DNA of 64,000 nt from an uncultured Candidatus Micrarchaeota archaeon (GTDB lineage: Archaea > Micrarchaeota > Micrarchaeia > Micrarchaeales > Micrarchaeaceae), in NCBI GenBank assembly GCA_963741095.1, contig CAVUGN010000001.1, forward strand, positions 64,001-128,000. Reading direction: 5' to 3'. Positions 8,725-17,077 of the stretch are shown here, piece after piece; the stretch's first letter is position 1, and each line of letters begins with the position of its first letter. The translations under genes were made by a program, and so were the position numbers. The notes below the pieces were generated by a model. It was given only the letters and a program-made list of their open reading frames with translations, made no database searches and was not told where the DNA came from.

Positions 8725-10161
8725 CTAATTCTTAATGTCAGCATTTTTATTGTTTGATATTCTTTCTGTTTTATCATAATTGTGTTGTGGTATTTCTTTT
8801 ACACCGTGGTCTCTGATCAATATTTTGTATTGATTGGTGTAGGTTTTGTCGAATATTCTATGGCAAACTGCACCACATAATACGTCTGTAGCCACAAGCG
8901 AATTTATTGCAGTTCCGGCAACACTTTTTTGTAATGATTCTTCAATTCCATTAAGGTTTTCAGTGGCATAAACGCTATGTATAAATACTACCCCGTCTGG
9001 AATTCCTGAATCGGCTACCAAAGCATATTTATCGACACCAAGGGGGTTTTTCTTGAGTATATCTAGCATTAGTTCACGCCTTGACTCGGCAAATTTTTTA
9101 CTATCGAGTTTACTCATTGTTATCAAAGCTAAATATTTCGTTGGGAGTTTGTTCATCGTAATAGTTATCCGTTTTATTATCCCGTCGTCTTTTAGCCTGT
9201 GGTAAACATATCCCGCGCCTTCGCCTCCGAATGCGTATTTTTTATCTATTTCTGAGAATTCTTTGACACCATTTCTGCTAAGTTCCATCAACACATAATA
9301 CTGTTTTTGGGTCAATTGACCTGGAAGTCGTTGAAGATTATCTTTTGTTTTAATCCAAATTTTATCTTTTAAAAGTTCGAAGAACTTTTCTCTAATTGGG
9401 AAACAGCCATAACCCATATACAGGGGGGATATATACCATGTCGAAGGGTAGGTACGAAGAACTTCGTGATTTCTCAGTCGATATACAAAATCTGCTGCGA
9501 TATCATTGTTTTCGGCTAGAAAATGTATTACTAAATCATACATTCCTACAGTAGCAATCGAAAATTGCACTCTCGGCTCATTTTCTAGAATTGCTTTGAG
9601 TTGATCTATCGGAGGTTTTTCGTTACCAAATTTGATTAATGCCATATAGTTGAGGTAGCCAAGTTTGCCCACATCCAACTCTGCAAAATATCTTATCCCG
9701 TATTTTTGTTCCAACTGCTTGACATGCGAATACACCGTAGAGCCCTTGAGCTTTAATTGTTGGCCCCAGTATGAGAGGTCAGCTTTAGCATTCATGCTTA
9801 ATACTGTTAAGAGCATCTTGTCCACTTCGTCAGGCATTATTGCCTGTTCTTCGATGAAATGGACTGCTGTTTGACCGTTATGCGGTAGCTCTACTTTGCC
9901 ACCATGTGCTACGATAAGTGATTCTGCCTTTTCTAATTCAGTTTGTATCTGTTCGGATTTTTTGACGAAGATACCTTCTTTGGTTATTTTGCCGAGGTAA
10001 TTTGAGATAATTCGTTGGCGTTTGTTTATTTTATCCCATTCGCCTTTCTCTTTATAGACGTAGAAATACTTTCCTCTTATGACTTTGAGTGCGATATAGA
10101 ATGAACTTTCTTTCTTCATCTTTTGAAATGTTTCTACAACGCTTCGCGGGACATATTGCAT
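8725..10161 (-). CDS. Large tandem Lrp/AsnC-type transcriptional regulator (2 x wHTH + ligand-binding domain) with an extra N-terminal domain
   Basis: DEVDKMLLTVLSMNAK...STVYSHVKQLE HTH, GMYDLVI RAM-like motif, second HTH LTQKQYYVLMELSRNG...RLKDDGIIKR; visibly AT-rich. Confidence 0.75.
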   Translation of the reverse strand: MQYVPRSVVETFQKMKKESSFYIALKVIRGKYFYVYKEKGEWDKINKRQRIISNYLGKITKEGIFVKKSEQIQTELEKAESLIVAHGGKVELPHNGQTAVHFIEEQAIMPDEVDKMLLTVLSMNAKADLSYWGQQLKLKGSTVYSHVKQLEQKYGIRYFAELDVGKLGYLNYMALIKFGNEKPPIDQLKAILENEPRVQFSIATVGMYDLVIHFLAENNDIAADFVYRLRNHEVLRTYPSTWYISPLYMGYGCFPIREKFFELLKDKIWIKTKDNLQRLPGQLTQKQYYVLMELSRNGVKEFSEIDKKYAFGGEGAGYVYHRLKDDGIIKRITITMNKLPTKYLALITMSKLDSKKFAESRRELMLDILKKNPLGVDKYALVADSGIPDGVVFIHSVYATENLNGIEESLQKSVAGTAINSLVATDVLCGAVCHRIFDKTYTNQYKILIRDHGVKEIPQHNYDKTERISNNKNADIKN

Positions 10162-10364
10162 ACTATAACTAACAACTTATATAATATTTAAATACTTCCT
10201 TTTTTACAACGTTTAATTCTTATCGAACAACGTATATGAATAACTAATATTTGTATATTATGAAGGATTTTTTAGATATTTCGAGATAAAATAAGAAAAT
10301 TTACCTTGCGCATAGATAAATACAACAAAGTTCATAATATCATACGGGTGGAATTGTGGAGGAT

Positions 10365-10535
10365 ATGGGTCTTCGAGGGAAGTCCTTTGAAGGGAGAAGC
10401 GGCGCTATTTCATATAAGGCTGTTTTCAACCATTCTTACCACACACTGGAAGACGGCACTAAGGAATTGAGATGCACAGCTTGTTTTGTCTTTTTCCCTA
10501 CTCCGCGATTCCACCCTTTCCCTATCCAGAACTGA
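10365..10535 (+). CDS. Small ORF, 56 aa (MGLRGKSF...LRCTACFVFFPTPRFHPFPIQN)
   Basis: GGAG-GAT-ATG start context, open frame, CxxC; below the ORF-track cutoff. Confidence 0.4.
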   Translation: MGLRGKSFEGRSGAISYKAVFNHSYHTLEDGTKELRCTACFVFFPTPRFHPFPIQN

Positions 10536-10539
10536 TCCT

Positions 10540-10632
10540 ATGATGATGACTCACCTGCATTTTGCGTTTTTTGTCCTTTCGGTTATTGCAATAATAGCGG
10601 CTGTAGCAATCATTGCGGTGAATGTGATATGA
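10540..10632 (+). CDS. 30-aa single-TM hydrophobic peptide MMMTHLHFAFFVLSVIAIIAAVAIIAVNVI
   Basis: TGAT-CCT-ATG context; its TGA overlaps the next ATG (ATGA 10629-10632). Confidence 0.55.
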   Translation: MMMTHLHFAFFVLSVIAIIAAVAIIAVNVI

Positions 10633-10895
10633 ACAACAAAGTAAGAAGGAACGCGATGCACAAATTCTATTTCATAAAACCAAGATTGAACGTGAATGCT
10701 GAGGAGCTCGCCCTCAAGCTGATAGGACTGAAGCACGTTGACGGCGTATTCCTGACAGAAGGGGAGTACGGCTTCATGGTGAAGGCGAGGGTTTCCGGAA
10801 TAAACGGGACGGAGAACGTCGCGGATTACATATCGAAGAGCATGGGCAGCAAGTACGGCGAGGTAACAAGCTATTTCGAGTACAGGAAAAGGTAA
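10629..10895 (+). CDS. Stand-alone Lrp/AsnC ligand-binding (RAM-like) domain protein
   Basis: VDGVFLTEGEYGFMVKARV resembles the AsnC C-terminal motif. Confidence 0.6.
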   Translation: MNNKVRRNAMHKFYFIKPRLNVNAEELALKLIGLKHVDGVFLTEGEYGFMVKARVSGINGTENVADYISKSMGSKYGEVTSYFEYRKR

Positions 10896-10932
10896 TCACT
10901 TCTTCTTGATGCGCTTCGTCGCTAAATACCGT

Positions 10933-11562
10933 TCACATAGACTTTTTTATCTCTTCCATATACCTATGTTTGAGTTTGGAGAAGCTATTCTCGTTCAGGT
11001 TCAGGTAATTGAGGTTCCTTCTGTCGAAGTTGACAAGAGTCGATAGCAGGACGTCCATATACGGTAAAAGTTTGTATTCCAGGAGCACCTTTTTCAGGTT
11101 GGATATGCTCAATCCGGAGTAAAATAGCAGTCCGAGTATGTCTATCGCATCCTTTTCGCCTTTTGCGCTCTTGCCCCGGTCTAGCGCCGCGCCGAGCTTC
11201 AGTGCCGTAAGCACTTCGGCGGTGGGCACGCAAAATCCTTCAATGCTGGTGGAGTATTTTGAGAGTATGTCCTTTGGAGGTATTGGAAGGATGGAATAGT
11301 TTGGCAGGTATATGTCAACGTCGTATAGATTCATCTTGATTTCGTATTTTTTTAGCCGATCGTTCTTGTTCAGCGGGTACCTGCTTCCGAGATCCCTTAG
11401 CGCATCGTAGTCCAGTATTATGTCGATGTCTTTTGATTTCTGCAGCCTGGAGTAGAGGTAGACCGCCCACCCGCCGATGAGCACGAATTTTATCTCCTTG
11501 CTTAAGTCCTGCAACCCGCGCCAGCTCGCCTCGATCACCTCGCTGTTCCAGAAGTTGGTCAT
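10933..11562 (-). CDS. Nucleotidyltransferase (AbiEii/type IV toxin-like)
   Basis: FVLIGGWAVYLY..SKDIDII, LKLGA..R..KGEKDAIDI; ATG 11562 overlaps the upstream stop. Confidence 0.72.
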   Translation of the reverse strand: MTNFWNSEVIEASWRGLQDLSKEIKFVLIGGWAVYLYSRLQKSKDIDIILDYDALRDLGSRYPLNKNDRLKKYEIKMNLYDVDIYLPNYSILPIPPKDILSKYSTSIEGFCVPTAEVLTALKLGAALDRGKSAKGEKDAIDILGLLFYSGLSISNLKKVLLEYKLLPYMDVLLSTLVNFDRRNLNYLNLNENSFSKLKHRYMEEIKKSM

Positions 11563-12164
11563 ATTCCCAGCCTGCGCGCTAGCGCTTCGACAAAGTCTTT
11601 TGCGTACCATTGGTTCATGTTCCAGAGGTCGACAAAGAGTTGTGCAGCACACACCGATGAACCTTTGAGATTGTGGCCTTCTATGGCCTTTTCCATGTTG
11701 CCGTCACAACGAAGCACTATGAGGTTTGGTACCATATCGCTTGTCTCGAACCTCCTCTTTATCTCTTTCAGTCCCGTCTCGGTTGCGTACAGGTACACCT
11801 CGCTGTAATCCGCTGGAGTCTCTTTGAAAAGGAACCGGTAAGCGGTATAGCCGGTAAACGCAACGCCATCAGGCATGCCCTTTTCTATATCCTTGACTGG
11901 CGCGCTGACTCGGGTCTGATAAACGATGTCCTTCTTCAGGTTCCTGTGAGTGGCCCAGTACATCAAAAGCCGGTCCAGAGCTATGACTTCGAAGGACCGC
12001 GGCTTCACTCGCACCGCATTTATGCCCTTGAGGTCGGTCACCGCGCCATTGATTATGCTAAGCGATGTGCCGAGCTCCCTTGACAGCGCAAGCTGCGTAA
12101 AACTTCTTTTGCCCTCGATGTAGCCGCAGGCTATCGCCCTGAACACCGTTTCCCGCTTGTTCAT
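11559..12164 (-). CDS. wHTH transcriptional regulator/AbiEi-like antitoxin
   Basis: FTQLALSRELGTSLSII HTH, AFTGYTAY, QLFVDLWN; translationally coupled to the NTase. Confidence 0.7.
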   Translation of the reverse strand: MNKRETVFRAIACGYIEGKRSFTQLALSRELGTSLSIINGAVTDLKGINAVRVKPRSFEVIALDRLLMYWATHRNLKKDIVYQTRVSAPVKDIEKGMPDGVAFTGYTAYRFLFKETPADYSEVYLYATETGLKEIKRRFETSDMVPNLIVLRCDGNMEKAIEGHNLKGSSVCAAQLFVDLWNMNQWYAKDFVEALARRLGI

Positions 12165-12334
12165 GTTTCTATTTATGAGATAGGGTATATTTATATGTTT
12201 CTATTATTGTAGAAAGATATAAGTATAGGGTGATGAGAAAGATGAAAGAGGGCCGAGGATTATTGGACCATAGACCTTCGCCCTGTTTTCTTCAAAAGAG
12301 CAAAGGGATGATGCGCGAGCTTTATTCCGTGATT

Positions 12335-13045
12335 TTACGCTTTCATATGCTGCATGGCTATCTTGTATATCGCGTAGAGCGCTATCGCGAATATCCCTAT
12401 GGAGGCCATCGCGATTATTGCGCTGTGCACTGAGAGGAGATAGAGGCCGAAGAGCATCAGCACCAGGTTCCATATCAATGCGCCTGCTATCGAATAAGCG
12501 AAGAACTCCTTCAGAGGCATCTTTGCGAATCCAGCCGGGAAGCTCATCAGTGCCCTCACTTCCGGTATCAGCCTTGAGAGGAAGACAGCGGCAATGCCGT
12601 TGCTGTCGAACCAGGCGTCGAACTCGTCCAGCGACTTCTTCTTGATGCGGAAGAGCTGCAGGTGCTTGTAGATGATGTCCTTGCCGATGTAATATCCTAT
12701 CGCGTAATCGATCGCAAGGCCGACTATAGCGCCGAGCATCGCAGCGGCAAATGCGGGATAGAATGCGAGAGAGCCTTTCGCGACGAGGTAGCCGCTGAGA
12801 GGCAGCACAACCTCGCTTGGAATTGGAAGGGAAGCGCTCTCTAGCGCCATCAGGATGAATATCGCAAGGTAACCGTAGCTTGTCACAAAATTCTGTATTA
12901 TTGTCGATGAGTTTGCGAGCAGTCCCGACATTATTCCGAGTATGAACATGCTATCAGCAGGATGAATGATGAAAGTATGCCCAATTATATATATCTTGCT
13001 AGAACCACTATTAACAGCAGAGTTGTTTGCGATGAGAATTGTCAA
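12335..13045 (-). CDS. DedA family membrane protein (real start probably about 12930-12950)
   Basis: LESASLPIPSEVVLPLSG, SRLIPEVR..SFPAG. Confidence 0.9.
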   Translation of the reverse strand: MTILIANNSAVNSGSSKIYIIGHTFIIHPADSMFILGIMSGLLANSSTIIQNFVTSYGYLAIFILMALESASLPIPSEVVLPLSGYLVAKGSLAFYPAFAAAMLGAIVGLAIDYAIGYYIGKDIIYKHLQLFRIKKKSLDEFDAWFDSNGIAAVFLSRLIPEVRALMSFPAGFAKMPLKEFFAYSIAGALIWNLVLMLFGLYLLSVHSAIIAMASIGIFAIALYAIYKIAMQHMKA

Positions 13046-14060
13046 GTTCTATGAGAGTGTGGGTTCGCTCAAGCTCAAAGTGGAGACTCTTGACGACCTG
13101 TGGACTGTGCAGCGCATAATCTTCGCGAACGACCTTGTAAAATCCGAAAGCGAGAGGCGCTTCAGGCCGAGCGAGGGGGACCTGGGCGAGTTGAAGCAGG
13201 TAATGATAACGCTCCGCGTGGAGAAGACGGAACTGGACAAGAGCGCATCGAGGCTCAGGGTACTGGGCAAGATAGTCGAGGGAAGGCCTCTCGAGTACGT
13301 TAAACTCAACAGCTACCACACTTTAAACATCGCCCCGGGGGACATGCTCGAGCTGATAAAGCCGAAATGGCCGGATTATCTCGTAAAGGTGGCGAGGGAT
13401 GCCGTTGCAGACTCGAAGAAACCTCGATTAGGGCTCATCGTCGTGGATGATGAGAAGGCGCTGCCCGCATACATGCTTGGTTATGGCATCGAGTTTGGAA
13501 ACGAGATGTACAGCCGTCTGAGCAAGAGGATGTCGCAAAAGGATTTCCAGGAGCAGGAGAAGAAATATTTCGACGGCGTGCTCGACACCGTGAGGAACAT
13601 GCGCGTCGACACAATCATCATCGCAGGACCGGGTTTCACCAAGGACGACATAAAGAGCTACGCGACCAATTCTGGGATCCTGAAGAAGATGGGAAAGCAG
13701 CTGTTATTCGAAAACGTCAGCAATGCGGAGCGTTCCGGCATCTACGAGCTGGTGAAGGGAGAGAAAGTTGAACATCTTCTCGAGAAGGAACGCATACGGA
13801 TGGAGTTCAGGCTCATGGAGGAGTTCCTAAAAGGGCTTGAGAGCAAGAGCTCGCTCTACGGGATCGATAACGTCGGTGATTCTGTCGATGGAAGGAGAGC
13901 GAAGGTGGTGCTCGTGAACGACAGCGTTCTCGGCGACCAGAGGATGCAGGAGACGCTCGCAAAAGCCGAGGAGAAGAGGATAAAGATAGAGGTCTTCAAC
14001 TCCGGTGATGAGGTCGGTGCACAGCTGCACAACTTCAAGGACATTGCATGCATGGAATAG
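13032..14060 (+). CDS. pelA: mRNA surveillance/ribosome rescue factor pelota
   Basis: ETLDDLW, RLRVLGKI..YHTLNI, IIAGPGFTK. Confidence 0.92.
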   Translation: MRIVKFYESVGSLKLKVETLDDLWTVQRIIFANDLVKSESERRFRPSEGDLGELKQVMITLRVEKTELDKSASRLRVLGKIVEGRPLEYVKLNSYHTLNIAPGDMLELIKPKWPDYLVKVARDAVADSKKPRLGLIVVDDEKALPAYMLGYGIEFGNEMYSRLSKRMSQKDFQEQEKKYFDGVLDTVRNMRVDTIIIAGPGFTKDDIKSYATNSGILKKMGKQLLFENVSNAERSGIYELVKGEKVEHLLEKERIRMEFRLMEEFLKGLESKSSLYGIDNVGDSVDGRRAKVVLVNDSVLGDQRMQETLAKAEEKRIKIEVFNSGDEVGAQLHNFKDIACME

Positions 14061-14069
14061 ATTCATGTT

Positions 14070-14924
14070 ATGTCGGATAATGGATCTGCGGATGCACGGA
14101 AGGAGAATGGGATAAGCGTTCACCGTAGCGTAGAGTGGCTGGCGGAAAAGGTGGACAAGCCAGAGGAGATAATGGACTGGTTCTACAGCAAACGCCCCAG
14201 TATGGACAGGTTTGCGGCAGAGACGTTGATGGAGAGGTTCCCGCTAATCACTGATGATATCTTCGAAGACAGGACCGAAGATGTGAGGATTATCAAAGAC
14301 GGCTTGCTGGTTCTTGCAACCCCACCGAGAGTTTATACCCAATGGAAGTATGATTTCTTGAAGTCGGACATTCTCGTCTTCGGACCAGAGCGGGAATGGG
14401 CCGCCATTGCCAATGCGTTTGATAAGGAAAAGGCCGTCTCAAGGGAGTACAGAGAGAAGGCCCAATCGTATGTGGATCACATAACGCCTTGCCTGGATCT
14501 GTTGTTCGAAGAGAATCTGATAAGCGGAGCGCTTTGCAGGGGCTCTTATTTCTGCAAGAACGGTTTCCCGGCAAAGGAAGATGACGTCGATTTCATGCTG
14601 CTCTCGGAAACTTCCGACAAGGAGGAAGGCAGGATAATGGAGATTCTCAAGAGGATACCGAGGTTTGCCATCACGTTTAACCGCAATAGGGAGGATGTGA
14701 TAAGGGAAGGGGAATCGCCCAGACTGAGTTTTGGCATCGTAACTAAAGGCCGTGTCATCCACGGCAAAGGCATACGGTACGAGAGATATGTCTTGAAGAA
14801 TGGCGTCGGCATAGCTCTTGAACATTTGACCAAAGAGGGCTCTGAACGCCTTGCAAGGGAGTGGATGGCATTGCTGCCGGACCACGACAACAGGGCAGGC
14901 ATACCGAGGCTGCCGAGCGCTTGA
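14070..14924 (+). CDS. Hypothetical protein with Pol-beta-like nucleotidyltransferase motif
   Basis: RGSY...DDVDFMLL (hGS...DxD). Confidence 0.5.
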   Translation: MSDNGSADARKENGISVHRSVEWLAEKVDKPEEIMDWFYSKRPSMDRFAAETLMERFPLITDDIFEDRTEDVRIIKDGLLVLATPPRVYTQWKYDFLKSDILVFGPEREWAAIANAFDKEKAVSREYREKAQSYVDHITPCLDLLFEENLISGALCRGSYFCKNGFPAKEDDVDFMLLSETSDKEEGRIMEILKRIPRFAITFNRNREDVIREGESPRLSFGIVTKGRVIHGKGIRYERYVLKNGVGIALEHLTKEGSERLAREWMALLPDHDNRAGIPRLPSA

Positions 14925-15162
14925 CTGCATGCACGATAGTGATTATCGCCGCTTTTTTGCCTGTCGACGATATCTAGGAAAATTCAGCAAATTTCTTGCA
15001 CAAAAGATTTAAATATCATACCTGCGTGTAAGAATTAAACATATTTAAGAGACCGACATTTGGTGCAATAAATGCAAACGCTGCAAGCTAGGTATCAATT
15101 TACAAATCCTATAGCTAGCTGCAGCATTAAGTTGGGAGTCATGAATTCCACTTCCACACCAC

Positions 15163-15594
15163 ATGTTTGGGCTGCATAAAAATCCTTTAATTTTTTGGGT
15201 GTTTTATGTGGCTCATATACTAAATGCAAGGATGGTCTATAAGGAGAGGCTCAGCATGCGAGAGCAGCTCATAATGCTCGAGATCGGCTCCGACAGGATA
15301 GACACCGCTTCAAGCTTCGTGGATTACGTCAGCGAGGAGTACGGATTCTCGAAGAGCTCCATCTGGTACAACCTAAACCAGTTGAAAGAAAGGGGCATTG
15401 TCGAGTTCGCCACGAAGGAGGAGATAGGAAAGCCGCTGAGCCTGACGAAGAGCGGCATGAGCCAGCTCGGCGGCCTCGAGAACTCGAGGCGCGACTTACT
15501 AGCACACTTCAGCAGGGTTTTGATGCAAAGGGTGGGGCCGTATGGCGGCCTGGGCAATGGATATGCTGAAGGGTTTATGGGTAGCAACCGGTGA
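15163..15594 (+). CDS. Winged-helix DNA-binding protein
   Basis: FSKSSIWYNLNQLKERGIV...LSLTKSG. Confidence 0.65.
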   Translation: MFGLHKNPLIFWVFYVAHILNARMVYKERLSMREQLIMLEIGSDRIDTASSFVDYVSEEYGFSKSSIWYNLNQLKERGIVEFATKEEIGKPLSLTKSGMSQLGGLENSRRDLLAHFSRVLMQRVGPYGGLGNGYAEGFMGSNR

Positions 15595-15607
15595 TAGGAA
15601 TGTGACA

Positions 15608-16078
15608 AATGGGTGGATGGGAGAAACATTTGGCTGGCCGTTCGGCCAGCCCATTCAGGGTTTTCAAAGAAATAGAGGCGACCAGTCCATGACGACCGTC
15701 AAAAGCGCGGACATAGCAATCGGATTGCCGGTGATGAGGGAGACCATAAACGTCTCCGTTCTCAGGTCCGACCTTGATGCAGTGATGGCAAAGTCGCCGA
15801 ATTGCAATAGGATGGATGTCATACGAAGCCTGATCGGTATCACCGGAGACATAGTGAAGGCCGAGATCAATTCCAAGCAGGTGGTGTTCAGCAGCACGAG
15901 CATCGAGGAGTTTGCTCTTAAGGACAAACTGGATGCCACACTGCGGATAGATTACATGACCAGAAGGTACGGCAAGTCGGAAACGCGCGAAGCTCTTACT
16001 GAACTGATAAACGGCATGATAGCCGAGAATAGACCGGTCGCAATGCGGAACGGCAACGAATTTGCACTGCGAAGGTAG
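15608..16078 (+). CDS. Hypothetical protein (start uncertain; ORF track 15542..16078)
   Basis: Open frame with codon usage like its neighbours. Confidence 0.5.
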   Translation, partial: NGWMGETFGWPFGQPIQGFQRNRGDQSMTTVKSADIAIGLPVMRETINVSVLRSDLDAVMAKSPNCNRMDVIRSLIGITGDIVKAEINSKQVVFSSTSIEEFALKDKLDATLRIDYMTRRYGKSETREALTELINGMIAENRPVAMRNGNEFALRR

Positions 16079-16124
16079 TCTGAAGAATTTAAAAACTTCC
16101 CTGTCATATATGGGTGGTGTCATT

Positions 16125-17039
16125 ATGTCCAAGAAGATTCCAACTCAATACGTTTGGCTCGACAACAAGATGGTAAAGGCGGAGGATGCGAAGGTGCCGA
16201 TAATGACCCATTCGCTGCAGTACGGCAGCGGCATCTTCGAGGGGATAAGGGCGTATGAGACCGACAACGGGGTCGCAGTCTTCAGGCTCAACGAGCACGT
16301 GCGCAGGTTCATGAACAGCATGAAGATACACGCGATGAACTGTGGGTACACTGAAAGGCAGATCAAGGAGGCCATCCTTGACGTCATAAGGAAGGACGGG
16401 GTGGGCGCATGCTACATAAGGCCTTTCGCGTTCTACAACGATGACAATATAGGTTTGAGCACCTCGGGCAAAAAGGTCAGCGTCTTCGTGGCCGCAAGGC
16501 CCTTCGGAAAATACTTCGCAAAGCAGACAGGCATCAGGTGCAAAGTATCGTCATGGAACAGGATAAATTCTAGCATACTGCCGGTCGAGGCCAAGGCGAG
16601 CGGCAACTACATCAATTCGATAATCGCGAGCATGGAGGCGAAGAGGATGGGCTTCGACGAGGCGATACTTCTTTCGCAGAACGGTTATGTCGCAGAGGGG
16701 CCTGGAGAGAACATCTTCCTTGTAAGGGACAACGTTCTTCTGACTCCGGACAAGGGATCGGACATACTCCGTGGGATAACGCGCGACAGCCTGATAAAAT
16801 TAGCTGAAAGCATGGGCATAGAGGTGCAGGAGAGGCAGGTGCACCGTGAGGAATTGTACACTGCTGACGAGCTGTTCTTCTCGGGTACGGCCGCAGAGCT
16901 GACCTCGATAACCGAGGTTGACGGCATAAAGGTAGGATCGGGTGTTGTCGGACCGATAACCAAGATGCTTGCACAGGCCTTCGATGACGTTGTTCATGGA
17001 AGAAACAAGGACTTCAGCGGCTGGCTGACTCAGGTATAA
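16125..17039 (+). CDS. ilvE: Branched-chain amino acid aminotransferase
   Basis: LQYGSGIFEGIRAY, AKASGNY, EGPGENIF, ILRGITR, SGTAAE. Confidence 0.95.
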   Translation: MSKKIPTQYVWLDNKMVKAEDAKVPIMTHSLQYGSGIFEGIRAYETDNGVAVFRLNEHVRRFMNSMKIHAMNCGYTERQIKEAILDVIRKDGVGACYIRPFAFYNDDNIGLSTSGKKVSVFVAARPFGKYFAKQTGIRCKVSSWNRINSSILPVEAKASGNYINSIIASMEAKRMGFDEAILLSQNGYVAEGPGENIFLVRDNVLLTPDKGSDILRGITRDSLIKLAESMGIEVQERQVHREELYTADELFFSGTAAELTSITEVDGIKVGSGVVGPITKMLAQAFDDVVHGRNKDFSGWLTQV

Positions 17040-17077
17040 ATTCTTATTTTGGCAAATCATAATCGTAGGCGCATTGT

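Noticed and set aside
8566-8757. 63-aa ORF from the track
   Set aside because: TTG start overlaps the SD motif, and the ORF runs across the second promoter and into the regulator's 3' end; likely spurious.
11563-11652. N-terminal extension of the NTase ORF
   Set aside because: Overlaps the upstream gene; ATG 11562 gives typical stop/start coupling.
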